A stretch of DNA of 64,000 bases, from positions 1,984,001-2,048,000 of the forward strand of contig OY970359.1 of assembly GCA_963718665.1 (NCBI GenBank). The letters are read 5' to 3'. The DNA comes from an uncultured Phycisphaerales bacterium (GTDB lineage Bacteria > Planctomycetota > Phycisphaerae > Sedimentisphaerales > Anaerobacaceae). The notes below the pieces were generated by a model. The model was given only the letters and a program-made list of their open reading frames with translations. It did no database searches and was not told the origin of the DNA. The stretch's first letter is position 1. Every line of letters starts with the position of its first letter. Shown here one piece after another: positions 1 through 8,825 of this stretch. Position numbers and translations under genes: made by a program.

Positions 1-1
1 T

Positions 2-622
2 GATACGACGATTGCGGATTTGGCGGCGGATGCGCGGGCATCGACGCCTACGAAGGCGGGGGTGGTCGCGGTGCCGGATGCGAAAGAGGTGCTGGAAAAA
101 TTGTCGGTTGTAGAGAAACGATTGGCGGACGATATCGGCTCAAGATTGGAGCTTGCGGAACTAAGGTTGCAGACGATATGCGCAAGCGCAGCGTTTAGGA
201 ACCCGATTTTGCAGGTGCGGAATCGTCAGCAGCAACTGGATGAAATTGGCGGCAACCTTGAGGGGTTGATGGGGGATATGATAACGGAGGCGAGAGAGCG
301 GCTGAATGGCTATTATGAGCAGGTAGTCCGGCTTGAGCCGAGACGATTATTGGGCAGGAAAACGGTCGAAGTTAATGAACTGCGAAGCAGGGCAAACGCG
401 GCCGTATCAGCATTATTGGGCAGGGCATGGATGCAGCTTACGGCACACGAAAATCGGCTTGAGGGCCTGAACCCGAGAGCAGTATTGAAACGCGGATACT
501 CGATAACGATGCTCAAACAGACGCGTGCAGTATTGAAGAATGCCGCACAAGTACAGATTGGGGATACGCTGGTAACGGAACTGGCGGAAAATTTGATTGA
601 AAGCAAGGTTACAAAAAAGTAA
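2..622 (+). CDS. xseA: Exodeoxyribonuclease VII large subunit, 3' part (5'-truncated by window edge)
   Basis: Frame open from base 2 (DTTIADLAADARASTPT); C-terminal LNPRAVLKRGYSI motif; followed by xseB. Confidence 0.93.
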   Translation, partial: DTTIADLAADARASTPTKAGVVAVPDAKEVLEKLSVVEKRLADDIGSRLELAELRLQTICASAAFRNPILQVRNRQQQLDEIGGNLEGLMGDMITEARERLNGYYEQVVRLEPRRLLGRKTVEVNELRSRANAAVSALLGRAWMQLTAHENRLEGLNPRAVLKRGYSITMLKQTRAVLKNAAQVQIGDTLVTELAENLIESKVTKK

Positions 623-661
623 AAAGAAACCACAGATTAACACAGATTGTTGGGTAGAATA

Positions 662-895
662 ATGGCGAAAGAAGAAGTAAAAAATGACGTTAGCAAGCTG
701 ACGTTCGAGCAGGCGGTAAAGGAGCTGACGGGGATAGTCGGCAAAATTGAGCAGGGAGATATTACGCTTGGCGACAGTTTGCAGCAGTATGAAAAGGGAA
801 TGGCCCTGATTAAGCAATGCAGGAAGATTCTGCAGGACGCGGAAAAACGCATCGAGAAGATTGCATCAGAACAGGATGGCGGTAAACAGCAATGA
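662..895 (+). CDS. xseB: Exodeoxyribonuclease VII small subunit
   Basis: TFEQAVKELTGIVGKIEQGDITLGDSLQQYEKGMAL...L.DAEKRI pattern; ATG at 662; adjacent to xseA. Confidence 0.93.
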   Translation: MAKEEVKNDVSKLTFEQAVKELTGIVGKIEQGDITLGDSLQQYEKGMALIKQCRKILQDAEKRIEKIASEQDGGKQQ

Positions 896-899
896 TTTC

Positions 900-983
900 G
901 CGAGCGTGGCGGAACTGGCATACGCGCAAGGCTTAGGACCTTGTGGGTGAAAGCCCGTGGAGGTTCGACTCCTCTCGCTCGCA
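900..983 (+). tRNA. tRNA-Leu (anticodon TAG), CCA not encoded
   Basis: Acceptor stem GCGAGCG/CGCTCGC, anticodon arm CAAGG-CTTAGGA-CCTTG, long variable arm, GGTTCGACTCC T-arm. Confidence 0.95.
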
Positions 984-996
984 TTTAATTTAGTTA

Positions 997-1063
997 ACCG
1001 CAGAGACCGCAAAGGTCGCAGAGAAAAAAATAAAAACTCTGCGGTTTCAGCGTGCTCAGCGGT
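997..1063. repeat. REP-like palindromic element made of 9-bp units (copy 1)
   Basis: Left arm ccgcagaga-ccgcaaagg-tcgcagag, A-rich spacer, right arm ctctgcggt-ttcagcgtg-ctcagcggt; similar elements at 6996, 32631, 45236. Confidence 0.8.
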
Positions 1064-1104
1064 AGAACAATAAATGATGGCGCTATTGAGACGGGAGGTC
1101 AAAT

Positions 1105-2424
1105 ATGGCGGGCGATTATTTTGAACTCAAGGCGAGGGGGACAAACGTCAGGACGGAGACAATAGCAGGCGTTACGACGTTTCTGACGATGGCCTACATA
1201 ATCTTTGTGAACCCCACGATGTTGAGCAAAACGGGGATGGATAAAGGCGCGCTGGTGGCGGTAACCTGTATCGTTACGGCCATTTCGACGATTATCGCGG
1301 GGGTTTTCGGCAAGGCGCCGATTGCGATGGCGCCGGGGATGGGGCTAAACGCATTTTTCACATATACGCTTGTGCTCGGCAAAGGGATAAGCTGGGAGAC
1401 GGCGCTGGGTGCGGTGTTTGTTTCGGGTGCATTGTTTTTGCTGCTGACATTGATTGGGCTTCGCAAAAAGCTCGTTGAGGCGATACCGCCGGGGATAATC
1501 TCGGCGATATCCGTCGGCATCGGGCTTTTCATTACGTTCATCGGGTTGGTTAATCTTCACGTAATAGTTAAAAACGATTCGACGCTTGTCTCAGCGGGGC
1601 CTCTGGGAGCGACGACACTGATAGGATTGGCGGGATTGTTATTTATGCTGTTTTTTGAAATGAGAGGAATAAAGGGTTCGCTGCTTATCGGCATTGCGTT
1701 TTCGACGCTGCTGGCGATTGCGTTCGGATACGTTGACAGGCCAATGCGATGGGTGTCTTTTGACGTGGATATAAGGCCGATTGCTCTTCATCTGGATATT
1801 TTTGGCGCTTTGAAATGGGGCATTTTAGGCAGCGTGTTCAGCTTAATGTTTATGAGTATGTTCGACGGCATAGGGACATTGGTTGCGTGCTGTCATCACG
1901 CGAAAATGGTCGATAGTCACGGCAAAATAAAAGGCCTGGACCGCTTACTGGCGATTGACGCCCTTGCTGGTATGACCGGGGCGATATTCGGAACATCGAC
2001 GACAACTGCGTATGTCGAATCGGCTGCGGGTATCGAGCAGGGCGGCCGCACAGGGTTGACCTCGGTAGTTACAGGGGTGTTATTTTTGTTGGCGATATTA
2101 TTTGCGCCATTGGTGGGCGTGGTGCCTGAATACGCGACGGCCCCGGCTTTGATTATGGTGGGCCTGTTTATGATGAAGGAAGTTCGGGCGATAAACTTCG
2201 CGGATGTCGAGGAGGCGTTTCCGGCTTTCATTATTATCGTGATGATTGCGCTTAGTTACAGTATCAGCACGGGGCTCGCTTTCGGCTTCATTTCCTTTGT
2301 GCTTATCAAGTCCGCCGCAGGAAAGGCCAGAGAAGTCAAGCCGACGATGTGGATTATCGCTATTTTGTCGCTTGCGTTTTTAGCAGGCGACAAATTAGGC
2401 GACTTGCTGAAATGTATTAAATGA
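1105..2424 (+). CDS. NCS2/AzgA-family purine permease
   Basis: AGVTTFLTMAYIIFVNP, APGMGLNAFF, YVESAAGIEQGGRTGLT motifs; highly hydrophobic. Confidence 0.92.
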   Translation: MAGDYFELKARGTNVRTETIAGVTTFLTMAYIIFVNPTMLSKTGMDKGALVAVTCIVTAISTIIAGVFGKAPIAMAPGMGLNAFFTYTLVLGKGISWETALGAVFVSGALFLLLTLIGLRKKLVEAIPPGIISAISVGIGLFITFIGLVNLHVIVKNDSTLVSAGPLGATTLIGLAGLLFMLFFEMRGIKGSLLIGIAFSTLLAIAFGYVDRPMRWVSFDVDIRPIALHLDIFGALKWGILGSVFSLMFMSMFDGIGTLVACCHHAKMVDSHGKIKGLDRLLAIDALAGMTGAIFGTSTTTAYVESAAGIEQGGRTGLTSVVTGVLFLLAILFAPLVGVVPEYATAPALIMVGLFMMKEVRAINFADVEEAFPAFIIIVMIALSYSISTGLAFGFISFVLIKSAAGKAREVKPTMWIIAILSLAFLAGDKLGDLLKCIK

Positions 2425-2464
2425 GAAAAGGACTCCTGACCACTTTTTTCTACAAAATAAATTT

Positions 2465-2502
2465 AACATAGAACATCGAACTTTGAACATCCAACATTGA
2501 AC
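2465..2502. repeat. Degenerate 7-bp tandem array
   Basis: aacatag-aacatcg-aactttg-aacatcc-aacattg-aac between convergent genes. Confidence 0.75.
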
Positions 2503-2518
2503 GGAGTGTTTTTTTTCG

Positions 2519-3400
2519 TTATGCCGGGAATTTAGCGAGGACGGAGGCGGAGTGTAGGCCTAAGAGCATCAGGTAGTCGAGGTCGCCGAGGTTGTAATGG
2601 TCGTCGCGGAAGGTGTTGTTGGCGTAAATGACGCCGAAGCAGCCTGCGGTGGAGAGGAGGGGGACGATGAGGACTGAGCGAATCTGGATTTCCTTCTGGA
2701 TGTTTAGGTCACGAGTGAAGATAAAGAGCATACACTGTTTTTTGTTGAGGGCCTCGGCGATTTTGTCACCGTATTCGAGGTCTGCCTGCTCGACGGCCAT
2801 ACCGCTTCTGTTTCTGCCCGCGTGGGCAATCATCGGGCCGTCGGCTTTGGAACGCATAGCGCCCCAGACGTGATAGGTTTTGAACTGTTTTGATACCGTT
2901 TCAAGCATGACCAGCAGCGCCTTATCTATGTTGTCTGTCTTTTTCAATTCCTCGATTGCCTGCAGAAAATCAGTAGCGCGTTCGGCCTGGAACCTTACGG
3001 CCGGGGCTTTTTCGGCGCCGAGTTTTCGGATAATTATTTGTGGGCCGGAAGACAAGCTGACAGGCGGCTCTTCAAGCTCGACTGTTTCGCCGGGGTCGGC
3101 GGAAACGGAGGCCGTTTCAAAATTGACCTCGATACTGAAATCGGATATGCGGATGACGTCGCCCGCCTTGATGTCAGATTTGCGAATTTCAGCGTTATTT
3201 AAGTAGGTCTTATTTGCGCTGTCGAGGTCTTCGACGACCCATTGGCCGTCCTTGGTGTTGTAAATTACGGCGTGCTGACGTGAGACGACCTTGTCGGGCA
3301 GGAGTATCTGGCTGTTGGTGTGTCTGCCGATGTAGATAGGCCCCTTGTCGAAATGGAATTCGTTAATGGTGCGCTCACCTTGTTTTACTACGAGGCGCAT
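2519..3400 (-). CDS. FHA domain plus GAF-like domain protein
   Basis: N-terminal IGR..SRQHA..DLDSANKTYLN (FHA); C-terminal IRSVLIVPL..FGVIYAN..DLDYL (GAF-like). Confidence 0.8.
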   Translation of the reverse strand: MRLVVKQGERTINEFHFDKGPIYIGRHTNSQILLPDKVVSRQHAVIYNTKDGQWVVEDLDSANKTYLNNAEIRKSDIKAGDVIRISDFSIEVNFETASVSADPGETVELEEPPVSLSSGPQIIIRKLGAEKAPAVRFQAERATDFLQAIEELKKTDNIDKALLVMLETVSKQFKTYHVWGAMRSKADGPMIAHAGRNRSGMAVEQADLEYGDKIAEALNKKQCMLFIFTRDLNIQKEIQIRSVLIVPLLSTAGCFGVIYANNTFRDDHYNLGDLDYLMLLGLHSASVLAKFPA

Positions 3401-3443
3401 TAAATGTCCTCTCCAAAATGGCCGTTCATATTAGTATCCTTAT

Positions 3444-3472
3444 ATATTAGAGTACTTGCCTGGATTTGTCAA
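3444..3472 (-). promoter_or_regulatory. Putative sigma70 promoter of the FHA gene
   Basis: TTGACA-N17-TAATAT on the minus strand. Confidence 0.6.
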
Positions 3473-3520
3473 GCAAAAGGGAGCGGCAATTTGGGTAATT
3501 TACGCCTGAAGGGTGTTTTT

Positions 3521-3883
3521 TTAGAACTTGAAGCCGTCTTTGAGGGCGGTTTTAAGTTCGAAAACGTTGTTGAAGTCATCGATTGTGTCGGTTGGCTGTG
3601 CTTTCATCCAGTTGTGCCTGATGAGCAGATAGACGATTTCGCCGAGGTCGCGGGTGGTTTTGACCCGCCAGGAATCGAGGACGAGCGGGGCGAGCATACC
3701 CCATTTTTCGAGCGCGAGCTGGCGGAGGCCTTCGCAGAGGGTTTGGCCCGTGATATGTCCGGGCTGACCTGCGGCGAGTTTTCGGATGGTGTAACCGAGG
3801 CCCTCGTAAACGAAACGCACGGCCTTTGGGTCGTATCGGCTGTCTGACTCCGAGATTTCCTCAAGCGATTTTTTTTCGGTCAT
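3521..3883 (-). CDS. Verrucomicrobia/Planctomycete-restricted conserved protein (Minf_1886-like)
   Basis: DSRY..AVRFVYEGL..HITGQTLCEG..WG.LAPLVL..W.V.TTRD.GEIVY.LI..D...DF pattern. Confidence 0.75.
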   Translation of the reverse strand: MTEKKSLEEISESDSRYDPKAVRFVYEGLGYTIRKLAAGQPGHITGQTLCEGLRQLALEKWGMLAPLVLDSWRVKTTRDLGEIVYLLIRHNWMKAQPTDTIDDFNNVFELKTALKDGFKF

Positions 3884-3889
3884 AACTTG

Positions 3890-5896
3890 TCAGCTTACTT
3901 TTGCGCCCGGTTTTGCGCCCGTATCGGCGGTGAGCATAAAGATTTCTTTTCCGCCCGGCCCTGAGGCGAGAATCATACCTTCGGACAGGCCGAATCGCAT
4001 CTGGCGAGGTTTGAGGTTCACGAAAACTATTACGATTTTGCCGATGAGATTTTCGGGCTGATATGCCTGTGCGATGCCGGCGAGGACGTTTTTCTGGATG
4101 CCGCCCACGTCTAATTGAAGCCGCAGGAGTTTGTCGGCTCCTTCGACGCGTTCGGCCTTTACGACCTGTGCGATACGCAGGTCGATTTTGGCGAAGTCCT
4201 CGATTGTGCATTCCGGCTTAATCGGCTCAGCGGTTATCGCCGGTGTTGGTTCGGTTTTATCCCCTGTGTCTTTGCTTTCTTCAATCATAGCGTCAACCTT
4301 TTCTTTATCCACGCGTTCAAATAGACGTTCAAAGTCGTTGATATTGTGTTCCTGGAGTGTAGTGTTGATGTCCGCGAAAGTGAGTTTGCCGATGTTCAGC
4401 AGTCGTTCGACTTTTTCGGCGAAGGCGGGCAGGACCGGTTTGAGGTAAATTGTCAGGATGCGAACGGCGTTGAGAGTTGCGGTCAGCGTTGTGCGTGCCT
4501 TTTCCGGGTCGGTTTTGATTGTAGTCCATGGCTGGTTTTGCTCGACGTAGCGGTTGGCGAGGTCAGCAAGGGCGGTGGCTGTCCGGATTACGGCTGCGTA
4601 ATTTAGATTTTCATAGTTTTGTGTAATCTCGCTGCCCGCGGCGGCGATTTCTTCGATGAGCTTTTTGCCTTCGTCGTCGAGTTTGCCAAGCCGGCCGTTG
4701 AGCTTGCTTTTGAGCATCGGCGCGGCTCGCGAGGCGAGGTTGGTGAATTTGCCCACGAGGTCGGAGTTGATTTTATTTACGAAGTCCTCGAAACTGAGGT
4801 CGAGGTCGTCGATACCTGCTGAAAGTTTACCCGCATAGTAGTAGCGGAGGTATTCCGGGTCAAGGTGATTGGCATAGGTCGCGGCTTTGATGAAGGTTCC
4901 GCGCGACTTGCTCATTTTTTGGCCGTTGACTGTGAGGAAGCCGTGGACGAATAGTTTGTTTGCGGTTTTGAAGCCCGCCCCGACGAGCATCGCGGGCCAG
5001 AACAGTGCGTGGAAATACATAATGTCTTTGCCGATGAAGTGGTAAAGCTCGTAATCGGGGCCGTTCCAGACGGCGTTGAAATCAAGGCCGTTTTTGTCGC
5101 AGTAGTTTTTGGCCGACGCCATATAGCCGATTGGCGCGTCGAGCCAGACGTAAAAGTATTTGTCTTCCTCGCCGGGGATTTTGAAGCCGAAGTATGGGCC
5201 GTCGCGCGAGATGTCCCAGTCCTTTAGCCCGGCGTTGAACCATTCGTCGAGCTTGTTGGAGACGGATTCCTGGATATAGCCCTTTGCGAATATGTCCCGC
5301 AGTTGCTTTTCGTAGTCGGTCAGCTTGAAGAAATAATGCTCGGATTGTTTCAAAACAGGCGTTGAGCCGCAGTTGGAGCAGCGGGGATTGATGAGGTCGG
5401 TGGGTTGATACGTTGCGCTGCAAACCTCGCAGGAATCGCCATACTGGTCTTCGGCTTTGCATTTCGGGCAAGTACCTCGAATGAACCGGTCGGGCAGCGC
5501 CATTTTGCAATTCGGACACCAGGCCTGGTCGATATTTCGCTTTGTAATTGAGCCGGCTGCGTTCAGGCGGTTGAAAATCGTCTCGCTGAAATTGCGGTTT
5601 TCGGACGAATGGGTGGAATAATAATTATCGAACTCAATCAGGAAGCGTTTGAAATCGTTGTAGTGTTCCTCGTGGACACCGTCTATGAGCTGTTCGGGGG
5701 TGATTCCTTTGTTTTTTGCGCTAATCATTATCGCGGTGCCGTGGGTGTCGTCTGCGCAGAAGTAAAAGCATTGATTGCCGGATATTTTCTGGAACCGCAC
5801 CCATACATCGGTCTGGAGATATTCCACGAGGTGGCCTATGTGGATGGGGCCGTTTGCGTAGGGCAGGGCGGATGTAACGACGATTTTACGCGGCAT
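3890..5896 (-). CDS. metG: Methionine--tRNA ligase with C-terminal tRNA-binding domain
   Basis: PYANGPIHIGH (HIGH), KMSKS, Zn knuckles, C-terminal NLKPRQMRFGLSEGMIL. Confidence 0.97.
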   Translation of the reverse strand: MPRKIVVTSALPYANGPIHIGHLVEYLQTDVWVRFQKISGNQCFYFCADDTHGTAIMISAKNKGITPEQLIDGVHEEHYNDFKRFLIEFDNYYSTHSSENRNFSETIFNRLNAAGSITKRNIDQAWCPNCKMALPDRFIRGTCPKCKAEDQYGDSCEVCSATYQPTDLINPRCSNCGSTPVLKQSEHYFFKLTDYEKQLRDIFAKGYIQESVSNKLDEWFNAGLKDWDISRDGPYFGFKIPGEEDKYFYVWLDAPIGYMASAKNYCDKNGLDFNAVWNGPDYELYHFIGKDIMYFHALFWPAMLVGAGFKTANKLFVHGFLTVNGQKMSKSRGTFIKAATYANHLDPEYLRYYYAGKLSAGIDDLDLSFEDFVNKINSDLVGKFTNLASRAAPMLKSKLNGRLGKLDDEGKKLIEEIAAAGSEITQNYENLNYAAVIRTATALADLANRYVEQNQPWTTIKTDPEKARTTLTATLNAVRILTIYLKPVLPAFAEKVERLLNIGKLTFADINTTLQEHNINDFERLFERVDKEKVDAMIEESKDTGDKTEPTPAITAEPIKPECTIEDFAKIDLRIAQVVKAERVEGADKLLRLQLDVGGIQKNVLAGIAQAYQPENLIGKIVIVFVNLKPRQMRFGLSEGMILASGPGGKEIFMLTADTGAKPGAKVS

Positions 5897-5931
5897 AATT
5901 TTCCTTTTTTTACGCCTTGTCGGGCGTCAGT

Positions 5932-6978
5932 TCAACCGTTTGGTTTTTCATCAGTATTGTTGTCTTCTGTAGCATTATCTTCTGTAGTATTATTTTCCTC
6001 AGGAGTACTTTCCTCAGGGATATTTTTCTCAGGGATATTACCCTGTGGAGGTTTTATGTTTGTGTTATTGGGCTGTGACTGGCCGAGTATTTCAATTTTG
6101 TCTCTTGGAACCAACGTCCTTGTGCCGGTTTCAAGCTCGACCATAACCAACTGGGCGAGTACCTGATAGTCGATGATTCTGCCTTTGCCCTCGGGTGTGT
6201 TGACCAGCGTGTTTCGGGGCGGCAGGCGTTTTTTAAGCTCGGTATAGGTGTCGTCCTCGTAGCGCAGGCAGCATTTGAGCCGGCCGCAGTAACCGGAGAT
6301 TTTCGACGGGTCCAGCGTCGCTTTTTGCAGCTTGGCCATTCGCATATTGACGGGCTTGAGGGATTTGAGATACCTGATGCAGCAGCATTTTTGCCCGCAG
6401 CTTTCGACGTCGCCGAGTATTTTTGCCTCGTCGCGTGCGCCGATTTGCCGCATTTCGATTCTGGTCTGATATTCCTGCGCCAGTTTCCTGACGAGGTCGC
6501 GGAAATCGACCCTGCCGTCGGACATAAAGTAAAATACGATGCGCTCCCCGCCGAGGATGTGTTCGGCATCGACGATTTTCATCGGCAGATTCATTTCTTT
6601 GACGAGTTTTTTGCAGAACTTTGTTTCTTCGACGGCTATTTTCTGGAAATGCTTTTCCTCGTTGATGTCTTCGGGCGTTGCATACCTGATGAATCTGCCC
6701 GCCGGCTCAGGGGTGAATGGTATTTCAGAATCGTCGAAGTATTTCTTCAGTTGTTCATCGGACAATTTGAGCTGGCCTGCGCGGTAAGCGCTGATGCCTC
6801 CCACGATAGTGCCAAGCTCCATGCCTTTTTCGGTTTTGATGACGACGCGCGTCGGCGTGGAGGGAATCGTGGCTTCGTTGTGCTCGAACAGGCCCAGTGT
6901 TCTCATCCGGCCGTAACGGACCAGCATAAACCTTTTGGTCCTTGGCGGCTTAGGTTTTGTTGTTGACGTATCTTCCAT
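5932..6978 (-). CDS. ricT: PSP1 domain protein, RicT/YaaT family
   Basis: RVDFRDLVR.LA..YQTRIEMRQIGARDEA, CGQKCCC, KISGYCGRLKCCLRYE; acidic repetitive tail. Confidence 0.88.
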   Translation of the reverse strand: MEDTSTTKPKPPRTKRFMLVRYGRMRTLGLFEHNEATIPSTPTRVVIKTEKGMELGTIVGGISAYRAGQLKLSDEQLKKYFDDSEIPFTPEPAGRFIRYATPEDINEEKHFQKIAVEETKFCKKLVKEMNLPMKIVDAEHILGGERIVFYFMSDGRVDFRDLVRKLAQEYQTRIEMRQIGARDEAKILGDVESCGQKCCCIRYLKSLKPVNMRMAKLQKATLDPSKISGYCGRLKCCLRYEDDTYTELKKRLPPRNTLVNTPEGKGRIIDYQVLAQLVMVELETGTRTLVPRDKIEILGQSQPNNTNIKPPQGNIPEKNIPEESTPEENNTTEDNATEDNNTDEKPNG

Positions 6979-6995
6979 TTGTTTTTCTTGCTTTT

Positions 6996-7065
6996 ACCGC
7001 ATAGGCCGCGGAAAACGCAGAGATTACGATATGATTTTCTCTGCGGTCTCAGCGGGTTCCGCGGT
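6996..7065. repeat. REP-like palindromic element made of 9-bp units (copy 2)
   Basis: ccgcatagg-ccgcggaaa-acgcagaga ... ctctgcggt-ctcagcggg-ttccgcggt. Confidence 0.8.
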
Positions 7066-7072
7066 GAAATCT

Positions 7073-8191
7073 CTAAAGTTCAGAAGTGATTTTATCAGTT
7101 TCTGCCAGATTTAACAACAGTTGCTCTAAAATAAGCCGTTCATTGACGGATGATTCGAGATAGTGGAGGGTTTTGAAGCATTCGGCGATTTTTTGGGCCG
7201 CCTGCTCAGGGTTGAATCGCAAGGCGATTTTTTTGATTTGTTCGGGCTGGTCGAAATTGACTATTTGGTTGCCAGTAGCGACATTTGTGAGCATCGCGTC
7301 GTGAAAGACACTGATTATAATCTGAAGTATGATTACAGTAGATTTGCGTTTTATGTCGTTTGCGCTCGTGGCGGGGGCGAGTTTGGCCCAAATGGACGCA
7401 ATTTCCTTCGATTGCTTTTGAAGGGTCTCGGCCAGTTCAATCGCGTTTTTATATTCGAAATTGGCCAGGGCATTCACGATATCCGTTTTGGTTTTATATA
7501 TGTCTGCTTCGGCTGTTTCGAGCTGTGAATATGTGCCGGCAAGGCCCAGTGAGCCATCGGTCAGGCGGGCGAAAAATTTTATCTGTTTTTCGCTGAGGCC
7601 GGGCTGACGCAGTTTTTCGATTATTTTTTCCTCGTCGATTGGGCCGAATCGCAATATCTGGCATCGGGAGCGGATTGTGGGCAGGAGTTTGTCGGGCCTG
7701 GTGCAAATAAGAATGATGCAGCAATAAGTGGGCGGCTCTTCGAGGACCTTCAAGAGGCAATTTTGCGATTCGTTGTTGAGCTTTTCGGCTTCAGTGAGGA
7801 CAAAGACCCTTCGCGTCGATAAGGCGGGCCTTTGGCTGACTTTATCGAGGACGAATTCACGGACGACGTCAATCGGGAATTCGAAAGGCGGTTCTTTGTT
7901 TTTGCCTTCTTTTGTGAATTCGAGCAGTTCCTTATAGACGTGTTCGAAATCGGGATGTGAGCCGGCGTCGAACGCTCGGCAGGATGCGCAATTGCCGCAA
8001 CTATCAGTAAAGTTGCCCCTTTCCACGGGGTTTTTACAAAGTAATAGCTTTGCGAATTCCTTCGCGGTTGTGAATTTGCCTATGCCATCAGGCCCGGCGA
8101 AAATATAAGCATGTGCGACTTTATCGCCGGCGAAGGAACATTGAATCGCGGAGATAGCTTTTCCCTGGCAGAAAACGTCTTTGAGCGGCAT
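7073..8191 (-). CDS. holB: DNA polymerase III subunit delta'
   Basis: HAYIFAGPDGIGK, CGNCASC..HPD, NCLLKVLEEPP, LPTIRSRCQ; downstream of tmk. Confidence 0.93.
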   Translation of the reverse strand: MPLKDVFCQGKAISAIQCSFAGDKVAHAYIFAGPDGIGKFTTAKEFAKLLLCKNPVERGNFTDSCGNCASCRAFDAGSHPDFEHVYKELLEFTKEGKNKEPPFEFPIDVVREFVLDKVSQRPALSTRRVFVLTEAEKLNNESQNCLLKVLEEPPTYCCIILICTRPDKLLPTIRSRCQILRFGPIDEEKIIEKLRQPGLSEKQIKFFARLTDGSLGLAGTYSQLETAEADIYKTKTDIVNALANFEYKNAIELAETLQKQSKEIASIWAKLAPATSANDIKRKSTVIILQIIISVFHDAMLTNVATGNQIVNFDQPEQIKKIALRFNPEQAAQKIAECFKTLHYLESSVNERLILEQLLLNLAETDKITSEL

Positions 8192-8820
8192 TATTCGGCC
8201 CCGAATTTATCGATGATGTCTGTTACTTTTTTGTGGACGGCGTCGATATTGTCCGCGGCGTTGACCACGACGGAGTTTTTCCGCTGCTTGGCGATTTTCA
8301 GGAAGCCATCGCGGACTTTTTTATGATAATCGTTGCCCTTTTGCTCCATACGGTCGAGATTGCTTTTGAGACGAGTTGCCGCGGTGGCGGACTCGACATC
8401 GAGGATTATTGTCAAATCGGGCCAGGGCTTTTCAAGGCAATCGGCTGCGAGTTTAATTACCTTATCCATTCCGAATCCGCCCGCGTGACCCTGGTAGGCG
8501 CAGGTGCTGGACAGCCAGCGGTCAACGATGACGCATTTATTTTGTTTTAACGCCGGGGCGATTTTCTCATTCCACAGTTGAACTCTCGCCGCCATATAAA
8601 GCATCACTTCGGTTGCGGTATCCATTGCTTTGTGTTCGGGATTGAGAAGGATATCCCTGATTTTCTCGCCTATGGCGGTTGCGCCCGGCTCGCGGAAACT
8701 GATTACATCGATTTGTTGTTTTGCCAGCCAATCGACGAGCAATTTTACCTGCGTGCTTTTCCCGCATCCATCCGGCCCATCAAGGGCGATAAACTTGCCT
8801 GATAATTTTTTCGCGTTCAT
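8191..8820 (-). CDS. tmk: Thymidylate kinase
   Basis: FIALDGPDGCGKSTQ, REPG, DRWLSST.AYQG. Confidence 0.96.
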   Translation of the reverse strand: MNAKKLSGKFIALDGPDGCGKSTQVKLLVDWLAKQQIDVISFREPGATAIGEKIRDILLNPEHKAMDTATEVMLYMAARVQLWNEKIAPALKQNKCVIVDRWLSSTCAYQGHAGGFGMDKVIKLAADCLEKPWPDLTIILDVESATAATRLKSNLDRMEQKGNDYHKKVRDGFLKIAKQRKNSVVVNAADNIDAVHKKVTDIIDKFGAE

Positions 8821-8825
8821 TTCTT

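Noticed and set aside
900..1104. Integrative element at tRNA-Leu
   Set aside because: No integrase, and I saw no duplicated tRNA 3' end elsewhere in the window
2461..2490. dif site (atttaacata resembles a XerD arm)
   Set aside because: No matching XerC arm at the right spacing; the sequence runs into the heptamer array and lies far from the skew crossover
5945..6045. 15-bp degenerate repeats in the ricT 3' end
   Set aside because: In-frame low-complexity acidic tail (NIPEK/NIPEE/STPEE), most simply a disordered extension
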